From the NCBI GenBank assembly GCA_051362555.1, contig CM120646.1:13454001-13518000 (forward strand): a stretch of 64,000 nt of DNA, written 5' to 3'. This DNA comes from Lingula anatina. Taxonomy: Eukaryota > Animalia > Brachiopoda. Positions 1 to 12,601 of the stretch are shown here, piece after piece. Every line of letters begins with the position of its first letter. The stretch's first letter is position 1. Made by a program: the position numbers and the translations under genes. Under the pieces are notes generated by a model that saw only the letters and a program-made list of their open reading frames with translations, had not been told where the DNA came from and made no database searches.

Positions 1-131
1 ATCATTATAACAGCCATGTCGTTATCAGGACGTTCTAAACCAGAAAATTTATGAAATATAAATAGAAAATTGTAATTTAATGTATATAAAATTCTTAAAA
101 TCCTTCCCAGACCTTGCTCTTTGTGATACTC

Positions 132-185
<54 letters not shown>
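132..185. repeat. (AAT)n microsatellite
   Basis: Direct reading. Confidence 0.95.
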
Positions 186-265
186 CATGTCATTTATGAT
201 AAAAGCGCAGAATAAATACAGTCACTTATTATCCCAAAAAGTGTATGTCATATGTGTATACGCAC

Positions 266-1852
266 AGCCTGTACTGCCTGTTCAATCGCATCTGCAGCAG
301 CCTGGGAAGTCCCTCCCCCGGATAATGAAAGGCTGGAAGTTATAAAGACGAATATGAACTGGTCGCTTTACATCTTGTATCATTTACTTTATGTTTGTTG
401 AACATGTTTTTTTTTTTTTTTTCACGAATACATGTACTATCGCTTTTACCTATTTTACTTATTTGGTTTCAATATACATTGCATATGGGCTTCAGCGAGC
501 AAGAGCTTACTGAAACCGAACACTAGCCTACATAATGAGGGGAAAAAATGACGGGAGTGGACAATAAAACGCACTCTAAGGCAAAAGAAATAAGCAGGTG
601 AAAAACTGTATTGTTGTCACAGAGACAGCGATTCATAGAGCAAAATGCAACTAAGGCAACGGCTTGGAAACTGTAACTAAGCGATTCTTTGGTTATATTA
701 AATGTAGATAGAAGGCGGTAGAGGTCAAAACTGACTAACTACTCACTAATACTTAGAATCTGCCACTGTAGAGCTATTTGAGTGAAAGGGGCAATTGCTA
801 CGTCGTTTGTACAAAGGCACTTACTTGATGGTACATCTAATTCCTTGTTGTTGCCCGCAGTCAGTGATTGCGTACCCTATGGCGGTAACCAAATCACTAA
901 AATGTAGAGGATGTTCTATAACATTTTTGTGGCCTCTTTAGATACTAGTAAGATGATAGAAAAGAGTAATTCTTATACCTAGAACCTAGTTGTGAATGGC
1001 TCATTTAGCTTAGTTTCTGCGTCAAGCTAAACTTTTGTCATGTTTTGTAATGTTTCACGGCATGTCACTTTTTGCTCGAGAGTTTTGCAAGTCAGAAAGT
1101 GTTTTAAAAGTACATTTCAATGATACAACAAACAATGTATTTATGCAAAGACCGAGTTTGAAATAGGAACAGAAATAGTAGTTTTTATTTCTCTTTAAAG
1201 CGTTATACTGCTTGTAATGAATTTTAAAACAACAGATTTTTCTTAAATGATATACCATAGGTGACGAATCCTATAAATGTCAAAGAGATATTACAATGAC
1301 AGTGTAAAAAAGACATTAAAACTCTACTCAAGTAATGTAATATCATAATGGGGTTTATGAAACTTAAGGGCCGCATTTACAGCAACGGACTAATAACAGA
1401 TTCGCCGATCAAACATAGCGGACTGACTTGAATGCTTGTCGCGTAATCCCCTCCGTAATCCTAGGGGATTATGTGGCAATTTTTTAAGTGGGTCGCCGTA
1501 TTTGATCCGCGGACCTGTAAGTTCGCTGTTGTGAATGCGGTCATAGACTTACGACGTGAAACCGTTTCCCTGGCCATCCAGAATTCGAACCGAAACAAGG
1601 GTGGCTTTATTTGATGCGCCGTAAAGATTTCCAGCGATGGCACCTGGGTGTCAGAAAGAAAATATACAAAACATTTGGTTTGTGATTGTTGATAGAATCC
1701 TCCCCAAGGAGGTGAGAGCGACTATAGAGTGCAACAGGGCCAAAAATGACCAGGCTTCTCTGACGTAAATAAAAATGTCATTTAAAAATAAATAAATAAA
1801 TAAAAATATATATGTATCACTTCAACCTTCGGGTTGCAATATTTCAATAAAG

Positions 1853-1889
<37 letters not shown>

Positions 1890-3391
1890 GAATGAGTCAT
1901 ATTGATCAGGATGGATTTCACGAGAGATAATGGTACATGTATCTAGCATCAGTGCAGAAACGATAGACGTAGGTAATACGTAACAAGACACCTCTAAGCA
2001 GGTAATGTAACATATCTGTTAATACTTACTAAGGTAACTGAAGAATATATGTATGCACTGGTCATAAAGGCCGCATCCAGAACAAAGGACTGACCAGTCC
2101 GCGGATCAAATATGGTCGATCCACTTATGCTTGTTGCGTAAACCCCACATGGAATCTAATCAGTGTCTATTCAAGGATTAGACGATAAGTTTTTTTAAAA
2201 GTGTGTCGCCATATTTGATCCGCGGACTAGTTAGGCCACTGTTCTGAATGCGACCTAAGTCCTACTCACTTGCAACTAATGTGCCGTGATTAAACTGATC
2301 TTCCCCACTGGATGGCTGCGGATTGTCGTTTGTGTAACTCGGCTGGAGAGAGATTGAATTATTTTAAGAATTCATTATAAAACGACACGGAGTTTATAAT
2401 TATGTTAAGACTTACAGTGTGCGCTAGACCTTTTTATAACAATATTTAATTTCTCGTAACTTAACCTTAATATGCGAAGGTGGGACGAGATTCTGTACAA
2501 AGCTATTGGTATTATGATTGATAAATATGGTTTCGAATTTTGAATGGCTGTGTTACCACTGAGAAGAATCTTTTAGCCATCTCCACGTAAGAGTCCATTC
2601 AAACGTAGAAAGTTTGCAAAAAAGGGACTATGGATTGTAAATTTGTCAACGGTTTTGGATACTGTCTACCTTGGTAATGGAATGGAATTTAGCTGAAATT
2701 TCCCAGGTAAATTAAATGTTTAGTATAAACAAGCTGACAATGTCTAGCGCCAAATGTGCCTCCAACTTCTATAACTACAGTACAAATGTACATAAAGTAC
2801 AGGGCTCTCTTTTGCTTTTTGCGTATGCTACGATGAGTCTACGCACAACACATCCGCTTGTTGCACATGTGCATACATATAACTAGTAAAACAATAGAAA
2901 TAAAGAAAATTGAATGTTTTCAATGCTTTATAAACTGAAACATTTTGATAAGTAACACTTTGTACTTTTCTTACTGCACTTCTACTCGATGTATTTATTT
3001 ATTCTTTAAATCATTATTATTATTATTAAATGTAACAGTATTTCATAAATACAAAGGCGTTTGACTCTTACCCCCAATATCAGCCGACCTGTGAATTCAT
3101 CATGGTCTTGTCGAACTCCACTACAACAAGTTATTGAAAAAATATTCACTAAGAGGACATAAATAACACATGATCCTTGGATTTACAGATCCGCGGATCA
3201 AATATGGCGGATCCTACATGAAAGAAAAGCCGACTAATCCTCTGATGGTCTCCCCGCCTTCACACGTGGCATTACACGGATCCCTGCAAGGACGGACGTG
3301 GAGACCATCAGCGAATTAGTCGGCTTTTCTTTCATGTAGGGTCCGCCATATTTGATCCGCGGATCATCTGTTGTGAATGCCCTCTTAATAC

Positions 3392-3467
<76 letters not shown>

Positions 3468-6400
3468 GGTATGTAGATGCATCAATGATAATGTCAATTA
3501 AAATTCTTAACAATATGTGTATCCATTCATTGTAATAATGTCATTAAAAACGCAAACTGGATTCTAAACCTGTACGAACTTAAGAAACCTTCCAAAGCAA
3601 AAGAAACCACACACCTGTCAACAACGTAGGTCCTTACGACTGCGCCGTCATTTCCTGAAAATGCCATTTACAACAATTAAGCTTACCACGTATAACATTA
3701 TTTGGTGGCTCATGAGACTAATTTAGTAACCCCGTTCAGTCTCACCAACCCACCCCAATCACAGGAAAAAATTAACACCGGTTTCAGTTTTCTTGGAACC
3801 TTCAAGCAGATGCCAATATCACAAAGGGTGTCACTTTTTTCTTTCTCTGTTTCTTTCTTTTTCTTTTTTTTTTTTTCTTTTTTTTTTTTTTTTTGTGCAA
3901 ATGTTAAAACGCATCACTACCAGTACATATATATATATATATTTGTTAACACATCCTATCTAGTTTAACTTACCCAGAGGACTGTATTTATTGTCCATAA
4001 CGGCGGTTCGCTTGTCTAGACTGTCCTTACCCTATCACGGTTAAACAAAGTAATTGACAAAGTAATGCTTCAACGGTGGGGTTAATATAAAACTTTATTA
4101 TCATCTTTATTGGCTCTAGCATAATTCTATACTAGAAAAGACATAATATACTGCAAAAATGGCAGATACTCATGAAGATATTTACATATACAGAAAACAA
4201 GTACGCTGTAAAGGCTTTGAACATGGAAGACTGCGAGACTCTCTCTCTCCCATCCCTCTCTCTCTTTCTCTCTCGATAGAAAATAATATAAGTAAGTTAT
4301 ATCAATAGGAAGGTAGATAGAGTATTGTGAATTTGTTTGATTTAATAAATAGCATTGGTTAGTTTTTACATAATTGTTTGTCTAACCCCACCGATCTTAA
4401 TATATAAAAATGAATTAAAATTGACACATAAATATCATGAAATTTGAAAAAAAATTGAAAATGTGAAAATTAATAAAGAATTCCCCTCCAACTCCTCTTT
4501 TTATAAAACAAAATGGTATGAGAAACAAATAGCTAAAATGTCTTAAATATCTTTGTGTCAACTTACCCAGGAAGCAATGTTTGATTCTGTAGCGCAATAC
4601 GCAGCGGCTGAAACTTGCACATCCTGTTCAATATAATCCACATCATTGAAATCCAGCACCTTCTCTATGGCACTGAAACCAATCAATCATATTTTGATCA
4701 AATTTTAAAGATTAAGCGATTTACTTAAATGTTCAACCTTGATTACTTATTACCATCTTGTTTTTTTAAAAGAAATCTTCCTGTTTAAGTTCAAGCCTCA
4801 TATTGTATTCGGAGCAGTTTGTTTATCTGTTTAAAATACCTTAACATACCCCCCTGTATATAGAAGTCAATGCAATTTCGGCTATACATAGTATTCCACT
4901 GTGGTATTGAATAGTACATATATAAAACTGTATATACAAAACAACGGAAGTGATTCGTACCGTTTTTCCGCTCGGACCTTAAGGAATTTTTTCCTCCCCA
5001 CTGTTGTTACTTTTTGCACTCCTGCAGCAAATATATTTTTGCTATTCTTTCGAATTGCATCTCCCATGTTAAGTACTGCCGCTCCAACTGCAAAAAATAT
5101 TAGCCCAAAATCATACCTTTAAGGCTCAGTTTCGACTCTAGAAATGGACTCCTTGATAAGGGAAATGTTGATATAGATCGTTTTCAGTAAAATTTCATTT
5201 GTTGCAAAGTACATGTACATGATACACGTTTTAATCAGTTTGCCTTTGTCTTCGAGCAGAAACCAATCAGGCAGTCTACATTATATAGCATAGTCCAGTA
5301 GTTTAGGAATTAGATTTAAGAATAATGACATTTTAGCATAAACAAAAACCTTGATGCCGATGAAGATTAGCGTTCATAGTAACTGATATATAAGGCAATC
5401 TTAAAAAAGTCTTAACTTTGACCGTCAAATTCAAATGGTTGCACAAAAAATATTAACCATATGGTTTCATATTAACCTATGGATTTTTCCTGATGTTACA
5501 CATCTTAAAACGTCTACCTCAAAAAGTAGATAGGTTTGATTATAATATTGTAAACAATGAGGGCTCTCATATCCCACCTATTGCGTTTTCTTTCAGTTTT
5601 ATGATATAAGAGTGACCGTCTCCGGCGGGTTTCATCGCCATACGCAGCTTCTTTTTGACCATTGCTGGCTTTATCTTAATGCTAGCTGCACGGATTGAGG
5701 CGCCAGCTGGTGGCGAGGGTGCTCCCCCTGCGCCAAACAAACTATCGGGAAGCCAAGCTGAAAAGGAAGTAAATGAAACACTTGTTATGTATTGACATAA
5801 ACTGTATAACTCTACAGTCAAACAAACTCTTTATTCCATTATATAGCACTAACTAAACCATTCAAAAACAATCTGGCAAAAGCTCTGCCATGAAAGTGGC
5901 ATAAACTAGGTTGAAAGGATTAATGTAACTTGGTAAATTTCTGAATAATGGCGACGAATTTAGAATGATGATGATGAATGATAAAAAAGACATTGCTATT
6001 CACTGTTAGGACGCCAACGGACCTGGATTGTTGCCACCTTTGTTGCTGTTGTTGTTATTGTTATTGTTGTTGTTGTTGTTGTTGCCATTGGTTTTCTGTC
6101 CTCCATTCTTGTTGTTGAAGACGCGTTGGAACCAGTCGAAACCTTTCAAAATAGATACATACATAGTGATATAGTATAAAATAATCAGAAACTATATCAA
6201 ATAAATAACCAAAACCCATAATTCTTCTCCACTACCGGGGTATTTAGTCAGTGGCATTTTTAATTTATAACATACATGTGTGCTAACTTAAATACCAAAT
6301 TCAGTGCAATAAAAGTCAATTGCATTTAGAATTAAACCAATATCAATTATCACAATCAGGAAACTTTCCCTTGAATCCCAACAAAGAATTTTGATAATAA

Positions 6401-7108
6401 ATAAGGGACTTACCATTGCTGCTGGGAGGGTTGTTGTTGTTGGTGGTGGTGGCAGTGGTGGTGGTTGCCGGTAGCAGCCACCAAGGACCACCTGCGTACA
6501 GATAAAAATAGAACTTATCGCATCGTTAGAGAGTATTATAAACGCCTTATTTAATATATGTACAAAACCTCATAGTAATTATATACTGTGTCTTTTTTCA
6601 ATTAAGATATTTATAAATTTTTGAGAATATTTGGAAATCTTTAGAAAGTGTCAACGTATTAGTAACCTAGAATAATAAGTCGTCATTAGAATAATCCAGA
6701 ACATCGCAATACCTTTATAATAGTTTACGCTAAGACAAGAAAAGATTAGATTAACTTACCGAAATTATTGTTGTTGTTGTTGTTATTGTTTGTGGTTCCT
6801 ACCAACCACTGAGGCCAAAGGTTCACAGCCATCCCTGTTGAACAACAAAGACGTGGGTTTACTCATCTTTAACATCAAGTTTTCTTACTTTAAATTTTGA
6901 CGAATAGAAACATTACCAGGATTTCGTCAGACAAAAGACAAATAGAATTATTATTTAATCAGGACAGATAAAGACTGTGCTCTGGGTCACCGTCTCCAAA
7001 GCGGTTTGGTAAAATCACATTTGTCTGATTTTTGCAAAGAAAATGATTACCTTGTGAAATCAAGCCAAGACATAGACAATACAGTGCCAGGGTCGTGTGA
7101 CACAACAT
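266..7108 (-). CDS. Secreted subtilisin-family S8A (proteinase K/aqualysin-like) serine protease, multi-exon, 3'-incomplete
   Basis: Phase-consistent GT-AG exons: 7108-7051, 6834-6760, 6491-6414, 6142-6023, 5757-5578, 5087-4961, 4672-4567, 4031-3974, 3654-3615, 3120-3072, 2342-2270, 1643-1553, 896-825, 332-266 (398 aa). Signal peptide MLCHTTLALYCLCLGLISQG. I9-type prodomain (SYIIKLKEN...DVDYIEQDVQVSA). Mature start ASWGKDSLDKR, catalytic Asp motif YVVDSGVRQDHDEFTGR, catalytic His motif NHGTLVASAIAGNLYGASNKATLVSVRILDGQGNG, then TINLSLSGG. The catalytic Ser would lie left of the window. Confidence 0.92.
1369..1543. mobile_element. Hairpin MITE (GGCCGCATT..AATGCGG(T/A)C termini), PIF/Harbinger-like family
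   Basis: Terminal inverted repeats and internal GATCAAA(C/T)AT.GCG / CGCC(G/A)TATTTGATCCGCGG arms shared with copies at 2068, 3188, 14949, 23231, 27706 and 30935. Flanks are TAA/TAG. Confidence 0.75.
1852..1888. repeat. (ATT)n microsatellite
   Basis: Direct reading. Confidence 0.95.
2068..2256. mobile_element. Hairpin MITE, same family
   Basis: AGGCCGCATCCAGAACA...TGTTCTGAATGCGACC with TAA on both flanks. Aligns with the 14949 copy. Confidence 0.8.
3188..3385. mobile_element. Hairpin MITE subfamily with near-perfect ~66-bp stem
   Basis: Arms 3188-3253 and 3300-3365 are reverse complements with few mismatches. Right end is TGTTGTGAATGCCCTC. Confidence 0.8.
3395..3465. repeat. (TA)n microsatellite
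   Basis: Direct reading. Confidence 0.95.
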
Positions 7109-10100
7109 GGTGTGTTCTCGTTGTTTCTTTCACCTGTGAATTATATAAATACATTCATATATACAGCAGAACATGCGTATGTTTTACATTATCATCACAG
7201 CAGTGGGACATTTGGTTAGTGCATTCACCAGTGTCACGGGCAATTTAAATTCAGAAAAAAATATGCAAGTAGAGTTATGCGCCGCTGCTTCCAGCCGCCC
7301 TAATTAACCTTTGACCATCTGCAAGTACAGGGGTTTCCTGTTACCCTCCCCAGTAGCTAATTGTTTCTTGTTAGATACTCCCTTCCATCCCTTCCCCCAT
7401 CGTCGACCTCCAGCGCCCAAAATTTGCTTTTGACTTGGCTTTAGTCAAATACATAAAGACTAAAAAACTCTTGAATCTGGGGAGTGGGGGAGGCCTACAG
7501 CACTTTTTCCTACAGCTTACGACACAGAATATTCACACCGCGTTATGGATTGGGGGTTTTATTCATGGATACCACATAATATAAATTTATAATGTGTAAG
7601 GTAGACTATAATCCTACTGATTCTGAAATTCTACTTTGTATTTGCAGTGTTTGTGTTGATATGAGCTAAATTATCTGATGAATGGAAATCTTGAAGACAC
7701 TGAATCATGCAATAACGCGATATCCCAATATTGTGCAACTAGTTTTCCAAATATGAAGAGAACATCCAAATTAGTGTTACAGGGTATATGGTATGGTTGG
7801 ACAATCAGTCGCAAATAAGGAACTTGAATAACCGCATACCGTGTCGCACGTCTTATTCAAATTATCCAAAAAATACCAGCTACTACTTAACCTGAATCTA
7901 GTCTTCTGCACAGAAAGCATTTCATACACTGCAACATTAGAAAAACATTATACAGAGTTTGATTGCTTTTTTATTAGAGCTGATGTCTTCCTTAACAGAA
8001 ACGTACTCACCACGTCACGCTGCGTTTATGAGTGAAAATGACAATATAAAAGGTAGCTTGAAGTTTAATTGCTTGGTGGCGTCCATTTCCTCATTTTCGT
8101 AATACAACATAGTTTGCTGTGGTAAACGGGGTTTAACACAGGGGTAAAACATGAGGAAAGAATTGAGGAAAATTAAAAGACTCTCATTCCAATAAATAGC
8201 AATCAGAACATTTGATAATGATGCTCATTCTTACAATACACTAGACCCGCTGTATAAACATTTATTAAATCCTGCTTTAAATGTTAAAAGTATAATGTAA
8301 AAGGAATACAAATGTGAGCAATTATAACTTCAACATTTTAAATTGACAAAACGACACCATCCCTACGTGCACAAATACTAGTTACCTAGAGTAAGTTTCG
8401 TTCCGAACAACTTTTACAGATCAATTTGGCTTTGAAGCCATATCCAAGTAAGAGGGACTACATGTATACTGCATAATAATGATAATTATTCGCGCAATCA
8501 TTCTGTAGCTTACCTTTTCTTTTAAATTGCTAGGTAAACTGTCACCTGATACACTGTACTTGTGGCATAAGGCTTAGGCCAAATGTCCACATCCAAGTTC
8601 ACGGAGCACGATCCTTTTCAAATTTCAACACGTGGTGCTCAACTTATAAGTAATAACATTGGTTCTAATGTGTCCCCGCTTCATCCAAATATCCAGATTT
8701 ATTCATTATTCTTTTCAAATAATACATTTCAGACCTACCAGTATTTGAAAAGGACAAATAAATATTCAAAGTGTGTCCATTTGATGAGAGTTTAATGTTA
8801 AAACTACATGTATGCTATATCTCTATACTAGATCTACATGTACAATACTGGATAGTACGTTCTGCCCTATGTATTACATAAACATAAAAAGCGCATTGTT
8901 TAGTTATACCCAGCATCAAAAATGATTTAATTGTTAAATTCTCGTCATTCAAAAGAATATTGCAAATCAGGTAGCAGTATAATAGATCAAAATTTTCACG
9001 GGTACCATGTCCCTTATGAACTCGGCGCAGTGCTGGTCCAGTGGAAAACAACGTGAATATTTTAATATAAAAGCCAATTGATACCGTAAATAAATCAGTT
9101 GATACTGTCCTGTGCGCTGTCTTCAGTTCCTTCGTAAGTAGCCTAATCTTTACAACAATTTTCTTTACAACACAGTGAACGAAATAACACATGGAAGAAG
9201 AAAAAGAAAGCCATCCTCACCTTTTGAAAAGCTGTGGAATTTCTGTCCACTAAACCAGGCTCAGAATCACCTGCCCTTCCTAGCCCCTTTTATGTCCCAT
9301 AGTACCATTAATGTTCTTACCTGAATACAAGGTACATGTATATGCGGTGTGTAAAAAAGTTGGGGATATCGCACGTTTTTGACTTTATACATTATCACTT
9401 ACGCAATGGTGTCGGCTTCACATTGCCATTTTAAAAACTACTACATTGTATCTTTTATTTCCATGGAAACAATAACTCGACCCTAAAGGTTTTTGAGGTA
9501 ACGCCGTTGAAACTAACAGTCTACATTTCAAAATGAACCGAGTTTGTATTTCTAACTGCTGATCCTTGATATATGCTAATTTTATGAAACCTCCATCTTT
9601 GACAGTTTTCATCGTTTCTTTAGTCAAAGAAACTTAAGTGTCTCTTAACATGACCTTTTTAATGTTACCATTAAGCCATGTGAGTCGGTTTATAAATTTG
9701 GTTCTCGCCATCCGTGCTGTATATCAATATAGACATTAGGTCGGTTTATCACAAAGTAATTTTATCCCGAAAACAGTATTAACATTTAGACCCTAAATGG
9801 AACGTGCTTTTTAAGTTTAAGACATGCATGTATCCATATCAATCCAGTCAGATATTGCTTGGATCCAAGATGGGGATAACAGTACTACATGTACTACTGA
9901 TTTATCTTGCGTCCAAGTAGAAACTTTGGTCTTAAGTTGAGCCAAGTTTGCAGGCTATAAAACTCTCTTGTCCAACCCGACCTCGATGCCGTCCTTTATA
10001 TAGGCTTAGTGTAAGTTTCTTTTAAAAAGCAGCTGAGGCATGTTGCTTCATACAAACTGTGAAAATGCTGTACAACCCCCCACCCCCACCCCCACCCCTA

Positions 10101-10705
10101 CACTGGACGACCTCATTTCTACGTCCTTTGTCCGACCATGAAACTGGCATCGCTGTGGTCGTAGACAGGAGGCACAAGCATCGCTTTGGTTGCAAAATGA
10201 AGGCTCAATGATCGGCATGTAAAGTTTGTTTTTTTTTTACTCTCAAACGGGACCGTACTACGGGACGCAGAAAGGTGCAAAGGGGGCTTTATACACCGCT
10301 CTGATACACCGCTCTGGCTCCAGTTTCTGTAGTAAAGACCAAGAGCTCCTGCTAACATGCTTCCCTGAAAACAGGTGCGTATTTTGTTGACGGTCTGCAT
10401 GTCACTTTTTGACCTTTCAATTTATTTCTACATCTAACTTGCAAATGTGTAAAAATTTGAATAACTTGATAAATTAATACATAAAGAAATGAAGAAAAAA
10501 TGAATAAACAGAGCAATAACTGTCTAAAATGAACAATTAAATAAATTAATAAATATGTATCATTTGCCACGAGAGTGGCTGCAATGCTGCACCTGTACAA
10601 TGATAGCATGCGTAATAAATGGGGAAGGAATCCTGAAGATTTCAATAATAAAGAGGGATGAAGTCCTGCCGAGTTCATTAAATAAAGGTCGAATAGTTAG
10701 ATACA

Positions 10706-10707
<2 letters not shown>

Positions 10708-10783
<76 letters not shown>
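10708..10783. repeat. (TA)n microsatellite
   Basis: Direct reading. Source of the spurious YIYI ORFs. Confidence 0.95.
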
Positions 10784-10787
<4 letters not shown>

Positions 10788-12601
10788 CAGCGCCCGCACT
10801 TTATTGTAACACATTTAAAGAGAGTGCCACCGTACCATTTTGACAGCTGAAGATAGCGCAGATGTAGCCCTAAGAATTTTAGCCTGCGTAGATAAAAGAT
10901 TATTAAATATAATATGCGGGGAATAAATAAACAAAGGAATAGATATATGATTAATAACAGTAACATAGAAGGTGTCCTGAATTGTTCAGAAATGAGAACC
11001 AAACTCCTGAGAAACATGTAAAAAATCATTTCTGATCTCATATAATACTGAAAATGAACATCTACTGCAATCCAGAAAACTGTTGTTTATACAAAGACAA
11101 AAGACGCGACATGTTAGGCTAGCTGACAATTTCCTGTGGCACATGTCTCACTGACAGTCGCAAGCTCAGCGATGCATCACCCGAGTGAGTGGACAGTATC
11201 TGTGCGTTGTCACCAAATAAAGTTGTGTGTTGACTTGACACAGGCCTATAATACCCTGTAATATCAGGGGCTTCAAAATTGCATATGAAATTTATTTATG
11301 AGGCATACAATGATTTAGTAACAAACTACTACATGTAACACACCCGGTGGTCAGAAGGTAACCTTATAATACATTTACCCTTATTTAAGTCACGGCTGGT
11401 CTGAAAGAACAAATATCAGGCGTGGTTGGGGTTACAAGTGTTGTTGGGAAGGCACTTGATCCACTCACGCACCACGATACATCATCATCGGCAGACCCAG
11501 GGAGATCAACAGGCACATGCGGTTACCTAGGTTTCTCTCCCGTTTTTCTTAAACCAAAAAAAGGTATAACGAGCGAAATGAGATAAAACCAAGTCCTTCC
11601 CCCATGTTTGAACCTTTTACATTGCAGTGAAATCGTCCTCGTGTGTTGTTTATATAATTGTTGGGTTTAACTAGGTAAATTATTTTTAATATTTTCTCTC
11701 CCCCCTCCCCCCCCCCCCCCCCCGCCACTTTGACTCCATTGCATCACGTATTAGAGTGTCGTCATACAGATGCATCATTTCTATGTGCTGCTGTTTAGAT
11801 AGGTGACATATTGATAGTCAAGTTGAACCCTAGGTCAAATTCTTTGTGCTTACATAAACATCAAAGTAAACGCTTCTTTGGTGTTATCTGCTTTGAGCGT
11901 GATAGGTATTAAATGATGAGCTTATATAACTACACCAGTAACTTTGAATATTTAATAATTATTCTATTCTCTACACTGGAAACGTCCGTTTTAGTTGCTG
12001 CTTTGTGCGTCTTTATCAAACAATCGTGTCGATACATCATTCTTTTCAATTAAGACTTTATTTTGATTTATTTTACAAGTAGTATATTTTAAGTCAGGTT
12101 GTCGTACATTAACGGATCTAAGCTTACTGTAATTTATGTGCACTCAATATTAACTCAATAAGTGAGAAATACACGTTCTAAGCATTACCACGTAATGCTG
12201 AAAAATACTTTAGCACAGGAGTAATTAGGCAATCTATTTGCCCCATTGACAACCCGGTATAATAAGATTATGAACTCACACGTGGGTGTTCTTTAAAAAA
12301 AGCATCTGACAGGAGGTTATCGATGCTAATGCTACAAAAAAACTGCACAAGTAATTTAAAAAATTGAATATTGATTAATCGCTAGTACCCATCATGCGCA
12401 TATCTTTTATGTTATAAGATAAATGCCCTCACAGTGCGTTATCTGAACTCCGATATCAAGTACGAATGCAAACGTATAGGCCCTACTATCAGTTAAAGGA
12501 TGCCCGGTAAACCACTGTGCGTCACCAGACAAGGAAGACTTTTATTTTGGCTGTCGTTTGCTGCGAGTCGGTTGACAGTTTGTCTTTGGGGAACATGAAC
12601 T

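Noticed and set aside
9993-10001. Minus-strand TATATAAAG as a possible protease promoter
   Set aside because: Cannot be linked to the acceptor at 7134 by a supportable exon, and TATA-like words are common in AT-rich DNA.
10119-10400. GC-richer 93-aa minus ORF with an acceptor-like site
   Set aside because: No recognisable motif and no phase-consistent partner exon; may be UTR or a repeat remnant.
10555-10814. ORFs with YIYIYI runs
   Set aside because: Translation of a (TA)n microsatellite.
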